Positions 25,503 to 39,040 of a stretch of 64,000 bases of DNA are shown in pieces; within the stretch, counting starts at the first letter, position 1; every line of letters starts with the position of its first letter. The notes beneath the pieces are model-generated. The model did not search any database. It had not been told where the DNA came from and was given only the letters and a program-made list of their open reading frames with translations. Both the position numbers and the translations under genes were made by a program. The stretch spans positions 22,484 to 86,483 of the forward strand of contig MU619284.1 of assembly GCA_025201805.1 (NCBI GenBank), written 5' to 3'. The stretch comes from Parasitella parasitica NRRL 2501. Lineage: Eukaryota > Fungi > Mucoromycota.

Positions 25503-27715
25503 CAGTGTTAATTTTCATGTATTTGGCCAAGTATGAATTGATTTTACCATAGCTGTAGCCACTCGTCATCACGAGTATTTCGTCCGAGATAGTTTCTCAA
25601 TTCCAGGAATATCCACACTTTAATCCAGTGTCCTCCTCTCGAACGGGGATCCTTCATCTCCTCCAATGCTGCCTTGCCACCTTCTTTAATACTGTAGTCT
25701 CTAAGCACTGGTAATGCGTTCTTGAACAAGTCAAGATCAGGGTTTAGCTGTCTGCCAATGCCCTCCAGCAACATGATACTGACAACCACATTTATAAAGT
25801 CCCCTTCCATTTTTACATGATGTGATCGCACCATGTTCATTGTTTCGTGCAACAAGTTTCCAATTTTAACGGCTCCCAGATGGAATGTGTGTTGCTTTAA
25901 TCCAAGAATCAGGTTTTGCATTCTCAAAGCAAATACATCAGCTTGGATCACTGCTTCAGGCGATTTGCATCTCTCTACCATTAGCTCACCTACTCGGTAT
26001 CCGTCAAATTGTGCCACAGCTTGAAATAGGTCCAAGAAATTCCTTCTGTTGACATCATTCAATTCATTGACTAATCCAGTGTCGATAAAGACAAGTCTAG
26101 GAGAATATCCTTCATGCTCCAATGCTTTTAACTCTTTTTGCACTGCTAACGGATCATGCTTTACTGCTAGAATCCTATTGACTGCAGCCTCTCCATCGTC
26201 CTTTAGCTCTCTCCCCAAAAACTTGGACCACGCCAATCTCAAGGGATGATGTGCTGAAGGCTTGTAAAATTCGACCATGATATTTCCTGGGTGCAAATCT
26301 GCATGCACAAAGTTGTAAAAAATCAGCATGTGCTATATATACAGGATTAATCAGTATGAATGTCGATCCCATAACACCCAAGAAAAAAACCTACCAAAAA
26401 CGCATTCAAGCCAATGTCTGCAATTTTATGATCAAAGATAGGATCCAGTTCGTGCTTTCTAGCAAAAGAGGCCTGGTTCAGGAACAAATCTAGTGGAATT
26501 CCTTTTACGTATTCTTCTAGCAGCATGTCTTTTGTTGTAAATGTTGCCAATGATTTCGGAATTTTGACGTCTTTGGCACCACCAAAATATTCATTAAAAC
26601 GCTTCAAGTTGCTTCCTTCTCCCCGTAAATCGAGTTGCTCCTTCATCATTTCACCAAACACTCGCACCTCATCCGGTAAAGATAGCCAATGGATGGTAGG
26701 GATCAATGTTAATAGCTTGGCCACACAATCCATAATGATCAAGTCCCGCTGCACAATTTGGCGTGCCTTGGGGTGCAGCACTTTGATTGCAACTGCTGTG
26801 TGTAATATAATCGGCTCTCCTTTATCGTCCAACGTCTGCACAGAGTCTGTTGTGATTGTGTTGTCCTGTAATGAAAATTGCTCGGCTGCATGCCCTAGCA
26901 AAATCTCTGGTCGGATGCGAGCTTTGTATACCTGTGCAATAGCGCCCACGCCTAACGGTTTTGGATTCAATTCAGTGAATACTTGATCTAGCGGTCTGCC
27001 AAACGCTTCTTCTATCACTTTCTGGGTATAGCTGAACGGATGGGGGTCGACATGTGAATGTAATTTGGATAATCGCGAGCACAGGGCTAGTGGAAAAAGA
27101 TCAGTGCGAGATGCTATCCATTGAGCAAGCTTTGCATGTAGCCACGTCAATACATATATATACCCGTAATACAAAATATCCGCATATTCTTACCTTGATA
27201 AATGTAGGTCCTGCTCTTTCCATCTGCGTAGCTAGAAAATCATACCACCACAGCGTACCTGCGTTTTCATCTTGGTTCACTTTTTGCCCACAAAATACAA
27301 TTGGCACAGTGATGGCCACTGGTAAGAATATTATTAAAATGTGTGTTAATCGTCTAAGCGTCAGCACAGGTTCCACGATATACGTATCAAGAAATTGCAA
27401 GATGCGTTTGCAGATACGAACTAGCATAAACTTTGACTCATGAGTAAGCTCTGCATGCTCTATCTCTGCCGGTGTTGCTGGTGATTGAACACTGCCGAAA
27501 CGAAAGGCCTTTTTGTCTATTGAATGGAGGTGAAGCGGTGTACAGGAAAGCAGTAGAACAGCTCGGGAACGTCTGCAGGCTGTTGTCGATAATATAATAT
27601 GAGAATGTTTAGCAGCTCTTAACAGAGATGGAAATGCAGACTGCTTTATCCTAAACAATTGTTTTGGTTGTTGATATAAACATGGCTTCAGTAAAGTCTT
27701 TTGTAAAAGAAGCAT
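25412..27715 (-). CDS. ABC1/UbiB atypical kinase, ADCK2/Cqd1-like, probably mitochondrial
   Basis: GPTFIK|LAQW..SRTDLFP, GVGAIAQVYKA, VAIKV, HADLHPGN and FIDTGL. Basic presequence-like N-terminus. Last exon DILCPNAV*. Confidence 0.9.
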
Positions 27716-28715
27716 AATCTTGAATTTCTTTTTTTTAAAAAAAAAAAAAAGTAGTCGATCGAAAAAGACTGAGGAAAGGGAAATAACTGTGCTTCACTCT
27801 CTTGAAAATAAATTGACCGCAACTTACAAATAATTTGGTAAAATTTTAAAGATTCTTTGTTCAATAATTTAGGGAATACGTTGGATAAAGTCTTTAATTG
27901 AGTAACAGTGAGGAATTTGATCGATAACTCATGTAAATAAAAATAGAAAGCTTGATAAAATCAAACATTTTGTCTTGACAAAAAGAAAATGACATATATA
28001 ATAATCACTGGAAAGCCTAGTATTGGTCTTTGATGGAATAATATTACGTCCATCGCGTTATATTTTCTGCACATATCCTCAATAATATTGAGGTTATTTT
28101 GTATCAATTCTATTTAACGAACCATTGCATGGAGACAACAGCGATCCAGTACAAATATCTCTTCGCCCTGAATAATATCTACAAGTTTGGTTGAAAATAT
28201 ACATCCTCTGTAGCAAGTATTTCTCCAACCAATAACCATAATCTACTCAAACTGATATTCTCTGTCAGCCTATTTTTACTGATAACTTATGCTCCATCTA
28301 ACCATTCAATCAGTAGTAGCGACAGACTGTGTTTACCAAAGGCAGAGACGTATTCCTATTGAAGCTTGAGTCATCAGCCATATATACATTAAAACTACAA
28401 GTATAATTCGATCGATATTGAAATTTGCCCCTGGATGTAATAGGCATTAAGCTCAACATTTGCCAGATGATGAATGTCAATAAAGTTAGAATCCTTTTTC
28501 GTTACTATTATCCGTTGTATTCGAGTTAAGACATGCGATCCACCCTATCATACTCTGTCGTTCTCTTCTCGATCATCGCTCTTTATCATCCAAAAGCAAC
28601 CATTGAAAAGCAGGCTTTGGTGGAAGCCGACAGTCACTATGAAAATCTTTTTCAATCAACATGGAGACAACAAAGGTCTTTTTCGTTACCACCAGAACAT
28701 TAAAAGAATACCAAC

Positions 28716-29463
28716 ATGGCTCCTGTTCAACGTCCCGATAAGATTGCCACCATGATCAACGGTGTTGAGCTCTACAATCCCGACAATGTCAGTGTCCTCG
28801 AAGAATACTTGTCAAAGCAATGCGAGTCTGGTGAATATGACTTGGAGGCCAATTTAGCCATTCTCAAGCTGTAAGTTGACAATAGACTGCCCAATATGAT
28901 ACTGATCCTTCTCCTGTATCAGCTATCAATTCAACCCTTCCTTAGCAAAAGAGCCCATTATTGTAAAGATCCTTGTCAAAGCTTTGACTGCCATCCCTGC
29001 TCCCGATTTCAACCTTTGTCTTTATCTTTTGGCTGAACACTCTGTAAGTTAGATGTCGTCCCAGCCACTACTTTTACTGACGCAACATTAGGATCTCGAA
29101 TCTATCGAAAAGCTCACTGATTTACAACGGCTCTTGGAACTAGCTCAGTATGCCAAATTTTGGCAATCAGATCTCAAGCCTTGGACAACTGTCGTCCCAA
29201 ACTTTGAAACAGAGATTCGTCTTGTAATTGCTCGTGTTATGGCCATGTCTTATCAAACGATTGCTGCCGCTTCATTGTCAGCCAACCTTGGCTTGTCTGG
29301 CGACGCGTTCGATAAGTTTTGTCAAGGCCAACAGTGGCAAAAGTCTGGCGATTTAGTTCATATCCCCATCAACAAGGATAATGAAGCAAAGACTGTGGTT
29401 ATTAGAGAAAACATCAAGTTTGAACAATTGACAAAGGTCATTGGCTATTCCAACGAAATGTAA
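28716..29463 (+). CDS. eIF3k: Eukaryotic translation initiation factor 3 subunit K
   Basis: Exons 28716-28870, 28923-29043 and 29092-29463 give 215 aa. Motifs YNPDNVSVLEEY, YDLEANLAILKLYQFNP, LVKALTAIPAPDFNLCL and ENIKFEQLTKVI. Confidence 0.93.
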
Positions 29464-29649
29464 AAAAGGGAACGATATATATACACAGAGAACACACAAA
29501 TGCAGACAAACATACACAAATGCTCACCATTTATTACACACAACTCAACGAACGAAAATTCTCGACCTGCTCGAACAAAAATACATGAAATAAAAATGAA
29601 CTATTGTAGATTATAGATAAAAACTACTTGAGGGGATTTCTTTTATTTT

Positions 29650-30500
29650 ACACAGTATTTGTATTCTTATGCGGGGTATAAGTTATCCAAAGGTGATGAA
29701 GACATGCACAAGCGGATCAGAAAATGTAGAGCTCATTCTCATATTGTGAACGCTCACCAAAGGATGTGAGGCAAACTGTGCCAAAAACTAAAATTGAAGA
29801 GGATAGCTAAGATGCATTGCAATGGATTCGATTTACCCGGGTATAATGTTCTCTTTTTTCAAAGAATGACCAATTCCTGTCCAAGCAACTTTATTATCTT
29901 TTTTTGTTCTGAATTTGTATCGTTTATAATGCCATACTGTTGTCCGCATTTTATTAATTAATTAATGAAAAAAAAATGTTGATATTCAGTAATGATTATA
30001 TTTCACTATATGAATGGTATGCAGATGTTATGATAAAATTTCTTGTCTGGGTCATTGTATAATTCCACTATATCTTTCCTTTGCAAATCAAGAATACGCT
30101 GCTGAAAGTGATAATGAGTCTTTTTTGGTAATGAGATATCGATACACATCGCCAGTGGGCTATAAAAAATGTTGAGATGTTTAGGTTTTTAGCAGATGTC
30201 GACTTTGATGTTTGAGATTATTTGGATACATATGGATACTATTTGGTTAGGAAGATTTATATAAATAGTTGTTTCACATAAATCCCCAAAGACGTATGGA
30301 ATATCATACTGTAACGGTATATCAAGCTAAATTCCAGAAGAAACAGATGATTTTTGGTTACTTTTTATAAACAATTTATAAGTGGGAATGTCACTTACCC
30401 AGCGCTCGATTAATATTTGAGTTATCTCCACGTTTTATATTTCTTTACTAACCTTCAAAGAGTATTGCCTCCATCGAAAGGCGAGCCCAGTATCTGTTTT
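29650..30500 (-). pseudogene. Decayed multi-exon gene of unknown product
   Basis: Exon-like fragments between splice signals (LDIPLQYDIPYVFGDLC; NKVAWTGIGHSLK; FASHPLVSVHNMR) with internal stops. Confidence 0.3.
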
Positions 30501-31445
30501 CTGTACAAAAAAGATAGGGCTAAATTGTTGAATTGTATGCGCTTGGCAGTAGTGGGGTTTGGGTCGAAGCAGGGGAAAGTTACTCCAAACAAAAGGCAAC
30601 CAAGACCAGTAACAAAGTATAATTTACCAGACGTCTTTATCTCTTTGAAAGCCTCCGACTGGCTGAACGAAGAAAAAGTTGCGTCAAAGTTTGTAGCCTC
30701 CGTTTTTGGGAATATAGGCTCCAGTGCTTCTACATATAGTTTGGCCATTTTATTTGTAAGAAGTGGGCAATTTATTTTCGAAAAGCTGGGCAAATTAAGT
30801 TCAAACATTCGGGCAAAATGTTTTCACACAATTGGCGGACTTTTCAAACATTCGGTAAAAAATTGAGAGTGGAAGCACAGTATCATAACTAAAAAAAATA
30901 TTTTTAGAAATAAAAATATTTTATTTCCTTCGCAAAAAAGTCGAAAACCTTCCTAATTCAGAAGATAATAACTGAATATTTCCCTACATTTGAGACAGTA
31001 GCTAATATGACTTTCACTCTCATGTTTGGAAAACATTTCCCAACGGATGCGATACCAATTTAGTTTCGGCGGCATGAATTTTTCTTCCTTTACATTTACA
31101 GCAACGCAATGATCACTTTGTAAAAACGACAGCAATCTAGACGGCACAATGTTTTTCTTTATTGCTCATGAATAATATGTGTCAGCAGTAAGCCATCAGT
31201 ATGCCAATTTAGTAAGTGTAGTGAACATGTCATTCATCAAACCAGCGTATATATTGAGAACAACGCTATTTAAAACTGCTTTCTTTAAATTGCACTGTTT
31301 CAAAAAGATCAACAAAAGTTGAGAAGTACGGGATAACACCAGAATGGGCTATGGAAAGAAAGAAAGAAAAAAAAGTATAAATTCAAGTCAAACTCATTAC
31401 CATTTCGACTTGTGTTTTTGATCAAACTTATCAATTAAAAGAAAA

Positions 31446-32014
31446 ATGAAGTTCTCGGCCATTGCTTTCCTCAGTTCTCTTATTGCTGGTGCTTCTGCCT
31501 TGCAAAACTTTCAAACTGCTGACAAGCAACTCAACATTACTTCTCCTTTACTTGATGGTGTTTATGTCGCTGGTCAAATTCTCCCTCTGAGCTATATTCC
31601 CCTAAATTCTGGTAAGCACTTTTATAGTTTATGTAAACAATGTGGGCACCAGAAAGTATTGATTTTTGTACAGATGTTGCTCTGAATATTTACCTTAAGG
31701 GTGCCAATACTAGCTTCAACGAGACTGCTATTGCTTTGAAAGCTGATATTTCCAATGATCCTAATAGCAATATTCCCATAAAAGTCGATAATGTTACTTA
31801 TTATCAACATTCTATCAATTATGCTATTCCTATCACTTATTCTGCTGGAAGCTATGAATGTATTTTCGAAAACACCGTTTCTGGTACCAATTCTTCTATT
31901 CCCATTAGCCTTCTTGCTTACACCCCTCCTTCTGATGCTACATCTGCCATTGCTACCGCTTCTGCTGCCACTGAGACCTCCATTCTTATTGCCCAACCCT
32001 CTAATAAGCCTTGA
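31446..32014 (+). CDS. Small secreted Ser/Thr-rich protein (Kre9/Knh1 N-terminal-like)
   Basis: Signal peptide MKFSAIAFLSSLIAGASA; ITSP...YVAGQ motif; intron 31612-31673; 168 aa. Confidence 0.75.
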
Positions 32015-32421
32015 ATTTTTGTAATTTTAAAAGGTGAATGATATTATTAGACATCTCAAGAGGCTTAATCTGTCCTAGATAGTCTACTTGTTTGCTGGCT
32101 GTACTTGAATTTCGTATACGTATAATTGTCATCAATTCACTCTGCAAAAATAAAGCTAGCTGCAACAGTAATTGCGATTAATGTTGAATTTAAATTGTTC
32201 GTCCTATATCAATGTTATTTTGTATTTTTGGTGGTCTCAAATATACAAGGTTTCATACTAACTATATAGATTGCATATGTGCAACAATTACTCGATAGCA
32301 AGGCTTTTTTTTTTTTATAAAAAAAATAATTATTTACAAGTTTATTTGACTAATGTGTTTGTAGAAATGTCAAATTAAGGCTATTGCCAGTGAAGTGTAT
32401 TTATGAATATATAAGTGATAT

Positions 32422-34092
32422 TTAGATGAATTTGGGAGAATTAGCTAAAATAGCAAAGAGAAGACCAGCCACAAGACCAGCAGCTGGAAGAGTGAGAAAC
32501 CAAGAGCACCAACACCAAGCAAGCATTTTCCAATTAACCGCTTTCCAGCCTTTAGTATTGCAAAGACCAATAGCTGCTGAGGCGCCGGTAATACAATGGG
32601 TCGTCGACACGGGCAAGCCAATTTGAGAACATGTCAACACAGTAAGCGCAGCAGATAATTCAGCACAGAAACCACGAGAAGGAGTAAAATAGGTAATATT
32701 GTTGCCCATTGCTCGCATAACACGATAACCCATGAGAGCAAGACCAAAGTCAATACCGATGCCGCCATAGACGAGGATCCAAATAGGAATAGGAACTTTG
32801 CCCGCAACATCAACTTGACCAGTATTCCAAACTTCAAAGATAGAAGAAATGGGACCAACTGCATTCGATACATCGTTAGAACCGTGAGCAAAAGAAGCCA
32901 TGCAGGCAGTAATGACTTGCAAGAAAGAAAAGAGGTACTCAGCATCATCTTCAAAGAGCTCAGCATTAGCATGAACATGAGTAAGTTTTTTGTTATCCAA
33001 GTTGCGCACATCTTGACGAAGACCATTCATTGCAAACGTAACCGCCTTGACCTTGAACTCTGTAAACTTTGAAGTAAACCAGTTTCCCTTGTTTTCAGGT
33101 ATATCAGCAGCAGAAACAACACTTTCGTTTTGAGTAACTTGTGCATCTGAGTTGAGTTTCTTAAGCTTCTCATCGACTTCGCCGGGAGTCAGCATTTCGT
33201 TATCAACAGCAGCTTCATCGTCAATATGGGTGCCAGATCGGATAGACGAAGGACGGGAGTTTACACGGTCTTCAGTTTGAGTGGCTTCTTCAATAGTAGG
33301 TTGAGTCTTGACAAAAGGAATGTAAAACATGTGATATAATTTGAGATTTTCTCTGCCCTTGATTTTACGAACAACCCAAGGACAAAAAAAGAATTGGCCA
33401 AAAGCAGCACAAGCAGCAGCAACACCAATAGCGATACCAACGATAACGCCGATGCTCATATTCTTGGATCCACCGCCGGGAGCTTTGTAAATAATGTAGA
33501 ATGCCTCAATACCAGCCGTAAAGAAGAAATAGATAGGAACCAAACGGATGCCCCATTTGAAGCTTTCAACCCGTCTTAAGATGGCATATTTAGTAATCAT
33601 GTAAATAATGGCTGCAACGACACCTGCAGCAAAAGGAGAGATAAACCAAGAAGTAATAATTTTGGCAACTCCATCATAGCCCCAAGTAATAGATGAAGCG
33701 CCAAATGAAGCAATACCCACACCGATAATAGCACCTACGACAGAATGAGTCGTGCTGACAGGCCATCCGAAGCGAGAAGCAGTTAATACCCAAGTGGCTG
33801 AACCACATAGAGCACAGAACATGGCCAGCATGAGCATTTCTGGCTGTTCAATGTAATGATCGATTGCTAAAATACCACCTTTGATGGTTTCTGCTGTTTC
33901 TGCACCAAGCAAAACGGCGCCCAAGAATTCAGTAAAGCAAGCAACAATACATGCTTGTAACAGCGTCAATGATCCCGAAGAAACCGACGTGGCAAATGAG
34001 TTTGCAACGTCGTTTGCACCGATACCAAACGCATCAGCAAAAGCAACAATCATGCCCACAGCAAATATCCAGGTGTATTCGTGAATTTCCAT
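32422..34092 (-). CDS. PHO89: PiT-family sodium/phosphate symporter
   Basis: GIGANDVANSFATS, PVSTTHS, AHGSNDVSNAVGP and LPVSTTH signatures. Likely start is MEIHEYTW at 34092. Confidence 0.92.
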   Translation of the reverse strand: MEIHEYTWIFAVGMIVAFADAFGIGANDVANSFATSVSSGSLTLLQACIVACFTEFLGAVLLGAETAETIKGGILAIDHYIEQPEMLMLAMFCALCGSATWVLTASRFGWPVSTTHSVVGAIIGVGIASFGASSITWGYDGVAKIITSWFISPFAAGVVAAIIYMITKYAILRRVESFKWGIRLVPIYFFFTAGIEAFYIIYKAPGGGSKNMSIGVIVGIAIGVAAACAAFGQFFFCPWVVRKIKGRENLKLYHMFYIPFVKTQPTIEEATQTEDRVNSRPSSIRSGTHIDDEAAVDNEMLTPGEVDEKLKKLNSDAQVTQNESVVSAADIPENKGNWFTSKFTEFKVKAVTFAMNGLRQDVRNLDNKKLTHVHANAELFEDDAEYLFSFLQVITACMASFAHGSNDVSNAVGPISSIFEVWNTGQVDVAGKVPIPIWILVYGGIGIDFGLALMGYRVMRAMGNNITYFTPSRGFCAELSAALTVLTCSQIGLPVSTTHCITGASAAIGLCNTKGWKAVNWKMLAWCWCSWFLTLPAAGLVAGLLFAILANSPKFI

Positions 34093-35505
34093 CACAAGAG
34101 AATTTTGTATACGAGTTGATAAAAGGGTGCAGTTGAGAATAGAGAGTTTGTTTATCATAATTTCTGTCATATTTATATAATTCCACAAGTTCTTTGATCC
34201 AAGATTGAAGAAGAACATTGGATTTGAGAAACCGAAGTAACAAGCCAATCAGCCAAATGTCCATGTCCACGATATCTTTTGCTTTACAATGTTTGTTATA
34301 GAAACTAGGGAAAGATTTTAGTTTTCCAAGTGTATACAGTCAATAATGTAGTAATATTTGTACTAAATCTATATAGTAGAAGATCTATGAATGTCAATTT
34401 TTAATTTATATGGTTTAATTCATGTTAATAAAGCGGATGTGATTTTTCATGGCAATTATGCATTGAGGCGTATATAAAATTATGCTCACAAGAGGCATTG
34501 TATTCTATTTGCATAGCTTTTGATGTACAAACCCACTGTTGCCCGTATATAACAGTATTGCACTAATCAAACTCAGGCGACATCAGACATTCCTACACGT
34601 GGGGTAGTGTTAACTACTCAAATCACATTAAAACATAAGACAAAAGAATTCTTGGAAAATATGCTGCCTTCATTTTTTCTGAGGCTTTTATGCCAAATAT
34701 CTGATTTGTTGAAAAATATGTCCTTGGAACTACAAAGGGAAAGAACTGTTTTGAACCTCCAGAACATTTCAAGCGATGTTTGTCTGGTTGAGCTTTAGTT
34801 TCAGTTGGCATGTAAATGAATTATTAAACTTCTGTTGAAATTGCCTCTTTTTGCGTCTCAGTAATTTTGCAATTAAATTTAGTGTTTTATATTGGAAAGC
34901 AAACAAATCTATGATGACATCCAGTTATTAATTCAATGTTGAAAAAGTGTGTATAATGTTGGATTTATTTAGATAATTCAAGATATAGATCCAAGCTATG
35001 AATAATGAACAAGAAGCCAAAAACGTAACCTTCACCAAAGAAAAAGAAAAAAAAAATCCTATACCCAAAAGATCATAAACATCAATAGTACCCAACACCG
35101 GTTGTTGATGGCTTTCTGTATAATTTCATTATTGCATCATGGCAACGCAGGCATTATCCTGGTCTGCTCAATAAGGGTTTAACTCTCAGCCATGTAAACC
35201 ACTTGTTTCAAGGAAGCAAGTTGGAAAGGCACCCCTTGATGCAATCATAAAATTGTTCAAAAAACTGGACGGCCATACCACAGACAAGTAATTTAATGAC
35301 TGATTTCCTCTTTTCCTTTATTTGCCTCGGTAGCGACAGCAACAAGAGAGAAGGAGAGAGAGAGAGAGAGAGAACGAGCCTGGGTTTGCCGGATCCTATT
35401 TATTAAGAAATCAAGGAGCTATAGCGAGTAGTCTAAAATGTAGCAATAAATTAATGTGTGTACATGACAAAAAAAAAATAAGTTAGTATCTCTTTTGATG
35501 TTGTA

Positions 35506-37088
35506 TTACTTGGCACCAAAAACATATTCCATCTCTTCCAGTGTCTTCCCTTTCGTCTCAGGAATAAAGCAGCAGCCGATAAAGCAAACACAGCAGCAAG
35601 CACCAAAGAAAAAGTACACTCCAGACACAGTATGCGCAATGAACAGAGGAACGCAGTAAGTGATCAAAATGGTAAAAGCCCAATTCAGTCCATAAGTAGC
35701 GGCCAAACCAGTGGCACGAGTTCTCATGTTGAAAACCTCAGCAGGGTAAACGTATGACGCGATACCCCAACTGAACTGAAAGGTGCCCACAAAGATATAA
35801 AGGAAGGCAATGATTGTGTTCCGAGCATATGGATTGGTAATGGTAACTGTGTAGTCTTCAACATCTACTTGCGTATACACTTGGAACATGGCACCAACGA
35901 TAAACATACTGACACCCATAATACTGGCTCCAATCAAGAAAACAGCCCTTCTCCCTATGTTATCAATGCACCATTGAAGAGATACAAACGCACAGATGAG
36001 AGCAAAGATACTAGTACCACCAGAAGCAGCAATAGACGTTGAAGTGTCGTCGAGACCAGCGCTTTGGATGATTTGAGGTGCGTAATACCAAATAGCTACA
36101 CTGCCAGTAAAGGACGTTGAAATACCAATAAAGAAAGAGATAACGGTGCGCTTGAGATTAGTGCCTTGGAAGAGCTCACCATAACTACGGTCACCAAGAG
36201 AGCGCTCCAGCTCAAGTTCATCAAAGATGTCTTCATATTCGTTTACAACCAACGGATGAGTGATGGGAACCTCGTGCAACTCCGAGAGGACGGCCCTTGC
36301 TTCGCCATATCTTTTCTTGCTGATCAGCCAACGGGGCGAAAATGGTAACATAAAGATGGCAGCACCAAAAGCGATGCAGACAATGATATGAAGTAGCCAA
36401 GGACCACGCCACGCCCAGTCAGACGGCACATAGCTAGTGCCGAATGTAACAAAATATCCAACCACTTGACCAAATGAAGCCATCAATGTGAAGAAACTGA
36501 TCAAACGACCACGGATGTCTGGAGGTGCAATTTCAGAATGATACAGAGGGATTGCATTTGTCATCAATCCGGATCCAAAGCCTCCGACAATACGACCAGC
36601 CAAGACAACGCCAAAATTAGTGCCAATGATTTGAAGCAAGATGCCGATGCTAAACACGGCCGAAGCACCGATAATAGAGTACTTTCTACTGTAGCGATCT
36701 ATAGGCCGGTGGCTCTTTAATGTGCTGTATAAATGTATAATATATACATTCTGAACTTACCACAAAAGAATCCCGAGAAGAATGCACCCAATGCAGCCGT
36801 CATAAGATACAAGGCAAGCAGCAGCCCTTGCAGGTAAGTAATGTTTTCATCAGTGAAAAAGTTGTCGGTAAATTGAGGCATCGCTAGAATGCCACTGATA
36901 GAGCCCGTATCGTACCCGCAGATAAAACCACCGACTGCAGCAACAATGGCAGAGAGATAGATAGCTTTACGAAACCTGGGAGGCTCTATAGCATCAAAAG
37001 ACCCGGCTGAATTGTCATCCATAAGCACATCATGGTTTCCATTTTTTGGATTTTCATCCGGAAGTGTAGCCTGAGTCTTGGAATTCAT
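35506..37088 (-). CDS. MFS sugar porter
   Basis: GGFICGYDTG, DRYSRK (across intron 36760-36699), SEIAPPDIRG, PFSPRWL and PETKGKTLEEM. Confidence 0.92.
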
Positions 37089-38060
37089 ATTTTGATGGTA
37101 AAAGAGAGCAAGATGTGATTGCACAAGAGGTTTCTTTTCTATATTAAACCATTGCTGAGTTTTAACGAGTGCTGAAGGCTTTTATGTTATCAAGATACAT
37201 TGGATCAAGAATACCGCTGCTGAGTGTTTTTTATATAGTAATATAAAGTTGTTTTTATCAAATCATATTATCATCTTGTGATTCTATATTGTCTCGTATC
37301 TGCAAAGGAGATCTAAAACCTCAGATCAGAAACACTCACATCTCAAACTGTTGAGTTTAAAATGGTGATACGATTGTAAAAAGATTGTACTCTGATCCAA
37401 ATATATACCAACTACTTGAAAGAAATATACTTGTACTGCAATAATAAAAAAGCAACGTGCATTGTCATGAACTATTCAAGCGGTAGTAGCGAGAGGTGGT
37501 GTATGTAGCACTATCTATAACAAAGAGTCAACAAAGTGTGTACTGTGATTCAAGCAAGTTCAAAAGGCTGCTGCTTGGGGGGATAAATTTTTTTGTTTTG
37601 TATACAGTTTTACCGTACCAGTTCTAATGCTGAAACTTGTATTTGTTTGCCAAAAATTCAATACTTTATTTGTTATTGCTTGCAAAAAATTCCTTGGTAA
37701 AGGGCATTTAATTATATACAAGACGTTAGCCTTTTAGCTTTTCTATCATTACTTTTGTTGCATTCAGTGATGTTTCTGTGTAGATTTTTTTCATCTAAAT
37801 AAGCTTTCTTTCTAGGCTTTTAGGGTTACTATTGTATCATCATTATTATTTCTGTTTCCATCAACTGATTAGCACTTTTCAACTGGTGGAGCTTCTCCTA
37901 GCCAAGGGGATGTCCTGATGGCTGAAAAATTATAAAACTCCTACGTAACATGCAACTCACCCAATGCTTTGCCTCTTCGACCGCAAACCGCCCCCCCCTT
38001 TTTTTTTTTTTTTTTTGCTTAATTGGAATCATGACAGTGAGGCTAGTCAACAAGACCACA

Positions 38061-38957
38061 ATGTCTTCAATACAAAAGAACCAAAATGAGGATGTAAATG
38101 AAGCGGTGGCTATACTAGAAGAAGAAAGTAATGTTGTTTACTTGCAGTGGCATGCATACAAATTCAACCTTTTAACCTTTATTTCACAAACAGCACAACA
38201 ACGGATACTAGATATTCAACAACGAATAGAGTTTGTGTGTGCATCGTTGCGTGCTCAGGGAAATACTGAAATGAACAAGATGCTTATGTCTGTTCGAAAG
38301 CTAACTATGGAGCAGTTTTGTGAGGCTTATGAAGCGAACCCACAAAAGTTTTTGGAGCATCAAACACAGCAAATGCATGCAGGCAGTAGTCATCATGATG
38401 GATTCAAGAGGTGAGAATTATCCAGATGCTTGGATTGACGCTCACTAACGTCCGTCAAAAGAACCCACTCATTTACATCTGACACTGTGGACAAAATTTC
38501 GACAAAGAAAACAAAGCCTAATGCAATTAGCGTTGAGGTTAATGTACGTTGTTGTATATATTGACCTTTCCATGGCTTAATGATTCCCTACTAGGATACC
38601 TCCTCGTCAGCAACAAAATACGATGATGAGGAAGCCAAAGATGGCGTCGAAAAGCCGCATCCTGATGTCACGGCACCACAAAATGATTTAGATCTATTAC
38701 GGCAGGATATCAAAGAATCACGAACTAATACCCAGAAACAACTGCCGAATGAGGAACCTGTTGTTATCAGCATTAAAAGGCAAAATCACGCCACTTTAGA
38801 CATTAAACTACACACTCGAGGCGTTAAAGAACATTTTGTAGTAGAATCAGCTATCGAGAAACTAAATCAGTTAGATCAGCATCAAAAGAGCCATGTCAGG
38901 AGCCAAATCGAGGATTTGCAAGAAAAATTAGACATCATAAAGCAGAGCATTTCGTAA
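38061..38957 (+). CDS. Borealin/Nbl1 N-terminal domain protein (putative)
   Basis: Spliced N-terminus ILEEE..QRILDIQQRIEFVCASLRAQGNTEMNKMLMSVRKLTMEQF fits the Nbl1/Borealin helix pattern. Start could be 38031. Confidence 0.55.
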
Positions 38958-39040
38958 ATACAATTGTAAATAGTCCATGTAATTTTATATAGATTGATAT
39001 AAAGATGCAAGCGTGTCCATACGTTCAATCATATGAAAAC

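Larger units (their letters stand above)
27787..30879. mobile_element. Second inward-facing pair of CTGTGCTTCCAC-type termini (left copy internally deleted)
   Basis: Right end ...aattgagagtggaagcacag|TA at 30879. Left end ctgtgcttcactctc, then gaaaataaattgaccgcaacttacaaataa, which matches the inner part of the right end (gaaaataaattgcccacttcttacaaataa). Confidence 0.55.

Noticed and set aside
34093-34248. N-terminal extension of the phosphate symporter ORF
   Set aside because: It begins at a non-ATG codon in AT-rich sequence; family similarity starts at MEIHEYTW.
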